Shown here in pieces: positions 17,158 through 25,587 of a DNA stretch of 64,000 nt; positions within the stretch are counted from its first letter, which is position 1, and each line of letters starts with the position of its first letter. Both the position numbers and the translations under genes were made by a program. Source of the stretch: an uncultured Lentisphaeria bacterium (lineage in GTDB: Bacteria; Fidelibacterota; UBA8477; JABMPR01); assembly GCA_964578155.1 (NCBI GenBank), contig CAZOBQ010000001.1, forward strand, positions 2,670 to 66,669, in the 5' to 3' direction. The notes beneath the pieces are model-generated. The model was not told the DNA's origin and did not search any database. It saw nothing but the letters and a program-made list of their open reading frames with translations.

Positions 17158-18595
17158 TAACTTTGATCTTAATATTTCCTAAAATAGGAATGAGGTCCGT
17201 TAGGTTTTCAAAATCACCTTCCAGTAGTGCAATGTGAGTCGCGTCTGCTGGAAACTGATTCAGACTAGGATCCACATCGATCCATATTCCATTGATAGCC
17301 ACAACAGGCCAGGCGTGAAACAGGAAACGACCCTGCACATAAACCAAACCAATATGCACCTTTGTTGGTATCCCTTCAGCTCTGCTCAAGGCGGTATATA
17401 AGGTTGTGTGTTCAGTACAATCCCCAACACCGGTATTCAAGATTTCAACCGCTCCAGAAATACTGGCGACCGGTCGTTTTTCCAGGTAGCCATAAACCCA
17501 CTGAGTTATGGTTTGGCTGGCTTTGGTACGAGTCTCTTTGCCGGATAATATTTTATTCAGCTGATCTACAATTAAGGGGTGGTCGCTTTGGATCATGTTT
17601 GAAGCCTTTAAATGAACCTTTAGCTGCTCTGGATCAACCGCTGATGGTTTTGTCGATAGTTTTAATCTTAAAGGATTCGTACTTACAATTTGTTGTCGTT
17701 CTGAAGACAGAGCTTCCAGGGTCGCCGGGCTAATCCCTTCTATCTCTAGCACCAGTTCTTTAATCTTGCTTACACGGTTGAGAGTGTGACTTGGCTTTAT
17801 CTCAAATCCACTTACTAGATCAACTTCTGCAGTTTGAGCTCTCAGCATAGCCTCTTCCGGTGTGGTACGCTCCATGGTCATACCCATAATGGTTTCTTCT
17901 TTATAGGTCAGACCATTATCATCCAACCACATGATGGAAGGAATACCTTTAAACTCGATGCGGAGTTTATTCAAGATCATGTTGTTACCGGCAATTTCTT
18001 GAATCTCTTTGCCTTCGTGACTGATGGTCACATCTGCCATTTCATTGGACATGGGATCATAAGCCGGAACCTTAATGGTCTCGCCAATTTCTATTCCCTT
18101 ACTGGCGACCATGGGTTGAATGGCTGTATAGGTATATAGATCTTCTGGAACCTCAATCTGGCTCACACTGGTATCTTCGCCTTGAATAAAGTTCAGGCTC
18201 ATTGTTGTGCCTGATTTACTGCCTTCAACTCGCGTGGAATACTGATCTGATTGCATCCAGAAACTGAAATTATTCAAGCGGAAAAGCGTATCGATTGAGG
18301 CTGCACTTTCCAAGTGAACTTCAGATTCCAGCCCACCAAAGACCACGTTTAAGTGGGAGGAGCTTTTTATTTTATATCCGGCTTGTCCCTTATTCTCAAT
18401 AGTATAAGTAGAATATCCCATTTTCCGTCCATCATGAAAAATGTTCATCCATTCCGATTCATCAGGAAGTTCCTTGAGTCCTGTTTCTAGAGATATATAT
18501 CCTGCTGAACCTTGAAAGTAGCTCGTATAAATGAGTCGACCGGAGAGTGTCAACCACAAGAAAATTAATAGGGTTAGATATATTCGTCGTTTCAT
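17141..18595 (-). CDS. Membrane-anchored/secreted transglutaminase-like (papain-fold) domain protein
   Basis: 484 aa with N-terminal anchor IYLTLLIFLWLTLSG. The C-terminal core GVGDCTEHTTLYTALSRAEGIPTKVHIGLVY...FLFHAWPVV...IDVDPS supplies a Cys-His-Asp triad. Confidence 0.8.
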   Translation of the reverse strand: MKRRIYLTLLIFLWLTLSGRLIYTSYFQGSAGYISLETGLKELPDESEWMNIFHDGRKMGYSTYTIENKGQAGYKIKSSSHLNVVFGGLESEVHLESAASIDTLFRLNNFSFWMQSDQYSTRVEGSKSGTTMSLNFIQGEDTSVSQIEVPEDLYTYTAIQPMVASKGIEIGETIKVPAYDPMSNEMADVTISHEGKEIQEIAGNNMILNKLRIEFKGIPSIMWLDDNGLTYKEETIMGMTMERTTPEEAMLRAQTAEVDLVSGFEIKPSHTLNRVSKIKELVLEIEGISPATLEALSSERQQIVSTNPLRLKLSTKPSAVDPEQLKVHLKASNMIQSDHPLIVDQLNKILSGKETRTKASQTITQWVYGYLEKRPVASISGAVEILNTGVGDCTEHTTLYTALSRAEGIPTKVHIGLVYVQGRFLFHAWPVVAINGIWIDVDPSLNQFPADATHIALLEGDFENLTDLIPILGNIKIKVIEQQY

Positions 18596-18770
18596 AGGTC
18601 CTGTCGTTTACTTGTATACACGCCCCATTCGAGAATGAGAAAAAATAGTTTTTTTAGGTGCTGCCGTAATGAATTTAGATGCGATCTGTTAAATTGGAAG
18701 ACAATCCACGATTGTGAATGAATCACTTTTCAATTTGAAAAAGATAGCCACAATCAAAAAGGTGAGTAAT

Positions 18771-19229
18771 ATGAGATCAGACGCTAACACACCTCTTGAA
18801 TATTTAGCTGAACTTCCCGAGGATAGACGAAATCAAATCAGCCTGGTAAGAGATGTTATTCTAGAGAATCTCCCCAGTGGCTATGAGGAAGTTATGAACT
18901 GGGGTATGATTGTCTATCAAGTTCCCTTAAGCCATTACCCCGACACCTATAATAAGCAACCTCTAATGTATGCCGCCCTTGCCTCGCAGAAAAATCATAT
19001 GGCAGTTTATTTGTCTGGGATATACATGTACCCAGATAAGCAGAAGGGCTTTGAGCAGGCATATCGAGAGACAGGAAAACGGTTTGATGTTGGTAAGTCT
19101 TGCGTGAGGTTCAGAAAACTTGAGGATCTACCATTGGACCTGATCGGCGAGAGTATTGCATCCATTTCAATGGAGGTATTTATAAAGCATGTGAGGAGCA
19201 TCAGGTCTTCAAAAAAGTCTAATAAATAG
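18771..19229 (+). CDS. DUF1801/YdhG-like domain protein
   Basis: This resemblance is from memory of DUF1801 proteins (LEYLAELPEDRRNQISLVRDVILENLP...MNWGMIVY). I moved the start to ATG 18771, which follows AAGGTGA. The track start 18714 is a GTG. Confidence 0.5.
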   Translation: MRSDANTPLEYLAELPEDRRNQISLVRDVILENLPSGYEEVMNWGMIVYQVPLSHYPDTYNKQPLMYAALASQKNHMAVYLSGIYMYPDKQKGFEQAYRETGKRFDVGKSCVRFRKLEDLPLDLIGESIASISMEVFIKHVRSIRSSKKSNK

Positions 19230-19240
19230 CTTCTTTATGG

Positions 19241-19768
19241 TTAGCTCTTGGGCTTAACGGTACTCACCAGCATCAAGCCAATGATTGCCAATATCATTGC
19301 GGTGACAGACCTGAGAGAAAGACCCAAAACATTTTCCTCCCTAAGTATGTGAGCCTTGAAGTCTAAGCTCTCCATAGTTCCGGGTGTCTCCTGTTCTGCC
19401 ATATACAATAAGTCTAAGAAGTCAAGCAGGCTACGATAGCGATAAACTTGAATGGGTTTTAAATAAGCATCCCTCACCTCTGAAAACTGCCAGCGAGCAG
19501 CGATTGGGTCAGGGTAACAGGCTCGGGCCAGGTCTATGGGCCAGGGCTTTCCTTTCATGCCAATACTGTAAAAGGAAGCACCTTCACTCTGCTGGGAGAT
19601 AAACATCACAAGATTTTCATTATTCAGGGAGAGCCTATTTATCAGTTCGAGTCTACCTTTACGATCAAGTCTTTCCGGTGGTTTATCATGCCAAATGACC
19701 ACACTGGAGAAAAAGATCAACACCAACATGATCACCAAGATCGTTCTAGCATTGCGTTTTATTTTCAT
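19241..19768 (-). CDS. Hypothetical protein with N- and C-terminal TM anchors
   Basis: 175 aa ORF, 2 nt downstream of the preceding gene. The hydrophobic termini are ILVIMLVLIFFSSVVIW and AMILAIIGLMLVS. Confidence 0.5.
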   Translation of the reverse strand: MKIKRNARTILVIMLVLIFFSSVVIWHDKPPERLDRKGRLELINRLSLNNENLVMFISQQSEGASFYSIGMKGKPWPIDLARACYPDPIAARWQFSEVRDAYLKPIQVYRYRSLLDFLDLLYMAEQETPGTMESLDFKAHILREENVLGLSLRSVTAMILAIIGLMLVSTVKPKS

Positions 19769-19770
19769 CG

Positions 19771-20199
19771 CTAGTTTGTCGTTTCTCTCGCTTTAACTGT
19801 CTGTATTTTTTGGCTAAAGATAACCAGACTCAACCAATAGAAAAAAAGACTTGAAATGATCCAGATAAACGCATTTCGTTCAATGGAATTATCCAGCTGC
19901 TTAAAATCTGTTATAAATGTATTAGTATATAAAACGATCAAAGCCACCAAGCCAATAAGTAAAATCATCTTAATCAGGTCGGCGTTCAATCTCTTTCCCG
20001 CCAGATAAAAGAAGGCTGACCAGCCAAAAGCCAGAAAGGAGATAATCCGATCCTGATAGGCGTATGAAGGAACATTAAAATAGACGAATAAGCCGGGTAT
20101 CTTTAGGCCCAGCATGTGAACAATGGAAACACCCAAAAAATAGCCAGCACCTGCATAGAGCAATACACTTAAGGTCTGTTCATTAGTGAGCTTATTCAT
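19771..20199 (-). CDS. Hypothetical 4-TM membrane protein
   Basis: 142 aa ORF with four hydrophobic helices, 2 nt downstream of the saccharopine-dehydrogenase-like gene. Confidence 0.5.
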   Translation of the reverse strand: MNKLTNEQTLSVLLYAGAGYFLGVSIVHMLGLKIPGLFVYFNVPSYAYQDRIISFLAFGWSAFFYLAGKRLNADLIKMILLIGLVALIVLYTNTFITDFKQLDNSIERNAFIWIISSLFFYWLSLVIFSQKIQTVKARETTN

Positions 20200-20201
20200 A
20201 A

Positions 20202-21332
20202 TTAGCTCGATTCTTCAAGCTTATAAATCACATCTCTCTGCTCTAGATCTTCCAAAATCCGCTGAAAACAGCCTCTTGCCGCGCCTACATATTCTGGTGG
20301 GCTTATTCCCTGGTGTTGATAGTGCCCCTCAAGAACTAGTCTGGTAATAGCTGTACAGGTGTAGCCCGTGGTTCTGGACATTGAAGCAGTTTTTGTTTTG
20401 ACGTCAAAGCGATCAAGGAGGCTGTATTTATATTCTACGGGTTGCTGGTTCTCAAGCCCCTTGACCTTCACCTGCATCAAGGTGAACTCTTCCTCCTCAT
20501 CTCCAAGTTTCCATTTTGGGAAGAGCAGGCAAGTAGTGAGATCAATGGGTCGAACCAGTTGATCTCCGATTTGAACTTCCTCTTGATCAAAGAATCCTGT
20601 TTCTCGAAACACCTTCATTAATTCTATATGACCTGGGTATCGAAGGGTCTTCTCTTTCATGTTGGGAATGTTCATGGTTTTGATCAGACTTCGCAGACCG
20701 TCAGTGTTAAAAGCTTCCAGCTGACCCACCTCGGGAAAATCAATCAGTTCAGGTTCTGAAAGGGCTGTTTTTTCTACGATCTGTCCTTCCTCCACCAGAC
20801 GAGAAGGACGGATATACTCTTCGATGACATCGATGGGAGAGAATGGCGCTTTATATTCAAACGGCCATGATCTTTCAACCGGTAATCCTCCAACGTAACA
20901 TACAAAGTCAGTCACCTGCATGGTTGAATTATGATACCCCAAAATGATATTGCTCATACCGGGGGCAACCCCGGCATCCATCACTGCAACCACTCCACAT
21001 GATTTTGCTAATTCATCCAGATCAAAAGGATCCTCAGGAAAGAAGGAGATGTCTACAATATTCTTTCCAGCCTCAATCACGGTTTTCAAGGTTTGGTAAC
21101 CCATAAAGCCAGGAACAGCACCTACAACAATATCGGCTTCCTGGATGCATGCCGTGAGAGCTTCAGCATCACTGAGGTCAGCCTTTTTGACAGATAGGTT
21201 TGGGATGTTAGCCAGCTTATTTAAAGAGGTCTGGTCTCGGTCTACGATGACGACAGGGTATTTTTTGCTTAGATCGATAGCCATGGCTCTACCAACCATT
21301 CCAGCCCCTAGCACAACAATTGTTTTAGTCAT
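20202..21332 (-). CDS. Saccharopine dehydrogenase family oxidoreductase (NAD(P)-binding)
   Basis: 376 aa with the Rossmann motif IVVLGAGMVGRAMAIDL and a Sacchrp_dh C-terminal-like region (RYPGH, TGYTC). Confidence 0.78.
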   Translation of the reverse strand: MTKTIVVLGAGMVGRAMAIDLSKKYPVVIVDRDQTSLNKLANIPNLSVKKADLSDAEALTACIQEADIVVGAVPGFMGYQTLKTVIEAGKNIVDISFFPEDPFDLDELAKSCGVVAVMDAGVAPGMSNIILGYHNSTMQVTDFVCYVGGLPVERSWPFEYKAPFSPIDVIEEYIRPSRLVEEGQIVEKTALSEPELIDFPEVGQLEAFNTDGLRSLIKTMNIPNMKEKTLRYPGHIELMKVFRETGFFDQEEVQIGDQLVRPIDLTTCLLFPKWKLGDEEEEFTLMQVKVKGLENQQPVEYKYSLLDRFDVKTKTASMSRTTGYTCTAITRLVLEGHYQHQGISPPEYVGAARGCFQRILEDLEQRDVIYKLEESS

Positions 21333-21437
21333 ATTAAATCCTAATAAACGATGTTTGGTTTAATACTCACAGACCTAGAAAGCCATTAGGGCCATCGACT
21401 CAGAAAGTGTCTTGTGTCGTTCTTGAATCCGAATGAA

Positions 21438-22490
21438 TCAGTTGGAGAAAAATTTAGCCTGGTCCACCAATTCCCTGTAGGCAGTAATTGGGTTAATCTC
21501 AAAGGCCAATTGCGCTTCCAGAATAGCCAAGCGGGGCTTCTCTTGCAGCAGGTAGATCGTGGCTAATAGTGAATGGCTGTAGTGATCATTCTGGTCTGTT
21601 ATCAAGGCTTGGTCGCACTGCTGACGCGCTGCTTCCAGCCAGGATAAACTCTCAGTTTTAGCAAGGTCAATATAAAGTTCTGCTAAGCGGTGTCTGGCTT
21701 TTGAAGCCTTGGGGAAATGCTGCAAATAATTTTTTATTACTTTGATCGCCCCCAGCTTGTCCTGATCCTTGAGCATAAACTCTATATAGGCTTCCCAGCT
21801 GGGCTTATTTGAAGATTCAAGTTTCACAGCTAGTTTATAATTATCGAGGATAGCCTCGTCTTCAATAGACGTTTCTTCTTGAGCCATGGCTAGGGCGCCA
21901 TAAGCTGGTCCCATCATGGGCTCGTCAAGGATGGCTGCTTCCAACAGCTCGATGGCCTTCGCATTCTTTCCGGATCTTCCAAGGGTGATGGCTTTGCCAA
22001 CCGTGGCATTATAGTTTGCTGAGTCTAATTCCAGGGCCTTATTAAAATGGATGACGGCTTGTTCATAAAGGTCTTTCTCGTTAAGGATCTGACCTAAGCT
22101 GATCTGGGCATCTACATTATTTTTATCTGTTTGAACCGCCCTTCGATAATACTGGTAAGCGCTCTCTATACTTCCGTTGCGGTAATATATTTCACCTATG
22201 TAACGTAAAATCATTGTGGAGTCTGCTTTCGCATCCAAACCTCGTTTACATTGATTTACCGCTTCTGATAGGTTGTTGTCTTCCAAAAATAATTGAGCAG
22301 CAAATAGATATGCTTCTGTGTATTCAGGAGAAGACCGTTGAATCTTCATGAGATAATCCAAGGCTGCTTGCCTTGATCCAAGCGCTGCTTCTGTCTCAGC
22401 TTTTGAATACAAAACATCTGGATCTTCACTACACGAAAAGAGTGTGAGCGCGCTAATTATAATGAGTATGAGCCAACGATTCAGCCCCAT
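21438..22490 (-). CDS. TPR-repeat lipoprotein
   Basis: 350 aa with lipobox LTLFSC and multiple TPR-like repeats (A..Y...L...P....A...LG.IY). Confidence 0.75.
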   Translation of the reverse strand: MGLNRWLILIIISALTLFSCSEDPDVLYSKAETEAALGSRQAALDYLMKIQRSSPEYTEAYLFAAQLFLEDNNLSEAVNQCKRGLDAKADSTMILRYIGEIYYRNGSIESAYQYYRRAVQTDKNNVDAQISLGQILNEKDLYEQAVIHFNKALELDSANYNATVGKAITLGRSGKNAKAIELLEAAILDEPMMGPAYGALAMAQEETSIEDEAILDNYKLAVKLESSNKPSWEAYIEFMLKDQDKLGAIKVIKNYLQHFPKASKARHRLAELYIDLAKTESLSWLEAARQQCDQALITDQNDHYSHSLLATIYLLQEKPRLAILEAQLAFEINPITAYRELVDQAKFFSN

Positions 22491-22536
22491 GATAGATCTC
22501 CTTAGACAATTTGGAAAAAATTAACTCTACTCACAT

Positions 22537-22565
22537 CTTCGGCAAGGGTTATTTGACTCAGATAC
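22537..22565 (-). repeat. CTTCGGCAAG...CTCAG module downstream of fixH
   Basis: CTTCGGCAAGGGTTATTTGACTCAGATAC shares the 10-mer CTTCGGCAAG with 1411-1420. Confidence 0.55.
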
Positions 22566-22606
22566 TGGATTCTCTTACACATTCCACAATCACCAAACCT
22601 AAGACA

Positions 22607-23083
22607 TTATGGGACCTGCTGAACCATAAATGCTCTCTCATAGTAGTATTCCAGGCCATCACTTTTCCAATCCACTTTGACCCGCCACAGCCCCAAATCT
22701 AGATTAGGAAGATCTATAAGTTGAAGTGTGTCTCCCTCTAGCATAAGAGGAAAGTTTCTGTCTTTATGGAGGTCGGAGGGACGAAAAAGAAGTACGTTTC
22801 CTTCCGGGTTTTGCACTGCCATTCCTCTTGGGAATTTCAGCATGAGTCGTTTACCTACCTGATAGTATCGGACAAGGGGCTTCTCTGCTAAAGCCTGAGT
22901 GCGCTCTACCCTTCGGATCTGTTGCTCGAAAACGATATCTTTATCGTAGTAGTTATCATACATCAATTCAACAGCACTCTGGTAGGTCCAAATAGCGAAA
23001 CCCGCGAAAAATAGAATAAATACCGTTATAGAGCCCGTGACTCCCCACATCCATAGTTTTCCGGAAGCTTGATCGTTTGTCAT
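22607..23083 (-). CDS. ccoH: FixH/CcoH-like cbb3 assembly protein
   Basis: 158 aa with a single N-terminal TM helix. ATGA overlap with the ccoG stop. Size and position are typical of FixH. Confidence 0.6.
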   Translation of the reverse strand: MTNDQASGKLWMWGVTGSITVFILFFAGFAIWTYQSAVELMYDNYYDKDIVFEQQIRRVERTQALAEKPLVRYYQVGKRLMLKFPRGMAVQNPEGNVLLFRPSDLHKDRNFPLMLEGDTLQLIDLPNLDLGLWRVKVDWKSDGLEYYYERAFMVQQVP

Positions 23084-24498
23084 TTGTTTCGTGGCCCCAT
23101 AAATGAAGTCTTTACTGTTTCTAATAATCGGTCACCGGTATATATAGCGATCTTAAGTTTTGTCTCTGTTCCAGTAAGCTTATCTCCCTGGAGGTCAATA
23201 AAGAAGGCTCCTTGAGTTTTATCCTGGCTTCCCACTAATAGTGATTCGCCCACCATATTAATACTGCCCACCGGCTCTATTAGTTCAAAACGCACGGGAA
23301 TTTCATCAAATGTTTTATTTAAAACTTTAAACGTATAAAGGTTTGTAAAGTGATTGTCTTCCTGCTCCTGATAGAGTGTTCCATAGGATCTTAAGATAGT
23401 CGTCTCCACATCCGATCGGGTGACTAGCAGAACAACAAAAAAGACCGTCAGGATAGCTAATATGACTGAGTAGCCAATATTTCTAAAAGTGAGACTTAGT
23501 TTTTCGCCTTTACTTATTCCATCGAAAGAATCATACCGAATCAAACCCTTAGGTTTGTCCACTTTCTCCATGACACTATCACAAGCGTCAATACAGGCTG
23601 TACAATTAACACATTCCAGCTGGGTTCCGTTTCGAATATCAATTCCTGTGGGACAAACATCTACACACTGATTACAATCAATACAATCGCCAAGATCCTC
23701 ATCTTTATTTTTTTTGGGATTACCTCGGGTTTCACCTCGAACATAATCATAGGCGACAACGATGGACTTATCATCAAGCAGTACAGACTGGAAGCGACCA
23801 TATGGACAAACAAGAGTACATACCTGTTCGCGAAATGAGGCATAGGTATAGTAAAAGAGGCCTGTGAAGACCAGCATTACACTAAAGCCGGTCATGTGTT
23901 GAGAAACCGGTTCGCTTACAATTTTGTAGAGTTCATCGATTCCAATTATATATGCAAGAAGGGTATTTCCGATGATAAATGACAAACCAAAGAAGATGCC
24001 GTGCTTTAAACCACGTTTGAATATTTTTTCTGAATTCCAGGCCTGGGCTTTAAGTTTTCGTTGTTTGTTGGAACTGCCATCAATTAAAAATTCGATCTTC
24101 CGAAAGACCATCTCCAGAAAGATTGTTTGCGGACAGACCCAGCCGCAAAAAAGCCGACCAAAAATTACCGTAAATAAAACTATTCCCACCACAAAAGTCA
24201 GGGTTGCTAAAACAAAAATGTAACTGTCCTGAGGCCAGAACGCCATGCCCATGATAATGAACTTACGCTCAATAATATTAAGTAAAAGGAAAGGCCGTCC
24301 ATTGATGGTCATAAATGGACCACCAAACATGATAGCTAAAAGTAGATAGGAGAACCAGCTGCGGGCGTTATAAAATCGACCTTTGGGTTGACGAGGGAAG
24401 ACCCAATTTCGCTTACCCTCATCATTTATTGAGGATATCCTGTCCCTGAATTCTGACGGATTGTCAATATTGGTCAGTTTTCTTTTAGCATCACCCAT
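23080..24498 (-). CDS. ccoG: Cytochrome c oxidase accessory protein CcoG/FixG (4Fe-4S ferredoxin, membrane)
   Basis: 472 aa with CGWVCPQTIF, VCTLVCPYGRFQ and CIDCNQCVDVCPTGIDIRNG...CVNCTACIDAC cluster motifs. Confidence 0.88.
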   Translation of the reverse strand: MGDAKRKLTNIDNPSEFRDRISSINDEGKRNWVFPRQPKGRFYNARSWFSYLLLAIMFGGPFMTINGRPFLLLNIIERKFIIMGMAFWPQDSYIFVLATLTFVVGIVLFTVIFGRLFCGWVCPQTIFLEMVFRKIEFLIDGSSNKQRKLKAQAWNSEKIFKRGLKHGIFFGLSFIIGNTLLAYIIGIDELYKIVSEPVSQHMTGFSVMLVFTGLFYYTYASFREQVCTLVCPYGRFQSVLLDDKSIVVAYDYVRGETRGNPKKNKDEDLGDCIDCNQCVDVCPTGIDIRNGTQLECVNCTACIDACDSVMEKVDKPKGLIRYDSFDGISKGEKLSLTFRNIGYSVILAILTVFFVVLLVTRSDVETTILRSYGTLYQEQEDNHFTNLYTFKVLNKTFDEIPVRFELIEPVGSINMVGESLLVGSQDKTQGAFFIDLQGDKLTGTETKLKIAIYTGDRLLETVKTSFMGPRNK

Positions 24499-24543
24499 TT
24501 ACTTGCCTTCTTGTAACTATTGTTTCTTGTTAAATATATATGC

Positions 24544-24578
24544 AAAAGGAACTCAAGCGCAATGCTTGAGTTCCTTTT
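24544..24578 (-). terminator. Rho-independent terminator-like hairpin after ccoP
   Basis: Perfect 15-bp stem AAAAGGAACTCAAGC / GCTTGAGTTCCTTTT with a 5-nt loop. On the minus strand it is followed by TTTTGCATATATATTT. It lies 22 nt after the ccoP stop. Confidence 0.6.
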
Positions 24579-24599
24579 ACTGATTATATTTAAGCTAGA

Positions 24600-25376
24600 T
24601 TATCCTTCAAAAAGATCACCTTCTGCTGCCTTGGGATTAGCAGGGCTTGTACCTACAAGTTTAACCTTGATAAAGCTGGCAACCTGGTTGATCTGATCCG
24701 GAGTCAATGTTGATTCCCAGGGAATCATTCCTTTAGCCGGCACACCAACCTTTATAAGGTTGACTATAGAAGCCATATCACCACCATGAATCCAGTAGTT
24801 ATCAGTCATATTGGGACCAATAAGACCACCACCATCATTTAAGTGACAGCTAAAACATTGTGTATCCCAGATTTCCTTGCCGGCAGTTAAGCTTGCATCA
24901 TCAGTTAGGACAGCAAGGTTTTCTGCAGAAGCTTCTTCTGGAGCAGCCGCTACAGTAGCAGGGGTTGGTGCTCCACCGCTAGCATATACAGCATATGCTT
25001 CTGGAAAGGCAGCTTCCAGTTTTGCTAGTTGATCGACGTTTGCTTTCCCCATGGCCCTTAAAAGTTGATCATCAAAAGGAGCATCCAGAACCTCATTAAT
25101 GCTTGCTCGAAGAGCAGGTGTCATTTCACCATCACCAGCATATGGTGAAGTATAAGCAGTCATCGCTCCGCGTTCAGAGTCCTCTACGTAAGTTCCCATT
25201 TCTTTTTGATATTCAACATCCTGCAGATCACCCGCCAGGTGATAATATGGAACATAGATTATTGAAATAATGATGGTAATCAAGAATAGCGCCTTCCACC
25301 AGCCGGGAAGGTCGTTATCATATTCTTGAATTCCATCGAAATCGTGATCGATCAATTCGTTCGTGATTTTGCCCAT
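24600..25376 (-). CDS. ccoP: cbb3-type cytochrome c oxidase subunit III (CcoP), single heme-c motif
   Basis: 258 aa with the FixP N-terminal motif DHDFDGIQEYDNDLPGWW and a TM helix. It has only one CxxCH (CFSCH) and a long Ala/Pro-rich linker. Confidence 0.85.
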   Translation of the reverse strand: MGKITNELIDHDFDGIQEYDNDLPGWWKALFLITIIISIIYVPYYHLAGDLQDVEYQKEMGTYVEDSERGAMTAYTSPYAGDGEMTPALRASINEVLDAPFDDQLLRAMGKANVDQLAKLEAAFPEAYAVYASGGAPTPATVAAAPEEASAENLAVLTDDASLTAGKEIWDTQCFSCHLNDGGGLIGPNMTDNYWIHGGDMASIVNLIKVGVPAKGMIPWESTLTPDQINQVASFIKVKLVGTSPANPKAAEGDLFEG

Positions 25377-25570
25377 TATTTATGGCCTCCATGATTAGTA
25401 CTTTGGTCATCCCCGAGATCGAGGGGCATATTGCTCATTTTATCGATATAGCCTTTTCGCATAGTGAGGATCATATAGATCACACCAATGAAAACCAGAA
25501 AGAAGAGGACTAAGGATAGTCCTTGAAAGAACGCATAGCCCTCTGCTCCCGGATAAATTCGACTTATCAT
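25376..25570 (-). CDS. ccoQ: CcoQ/FixQ-like small membrane subunit
   Basis: 64 aa with one TM helix, located between ccoNO and ccoP. TAATG overlap with ccoP. Confidence 0.5.
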   Translation of the reverse strand: MISRIYPGAEGYAFFQGLSLVLFFLVFIGVIYMILTMRKGYIDKMSNMPLDLGDDQSTNHGGHK

Positions 25571-25587
25571 TTTATATCAAACCCTCC

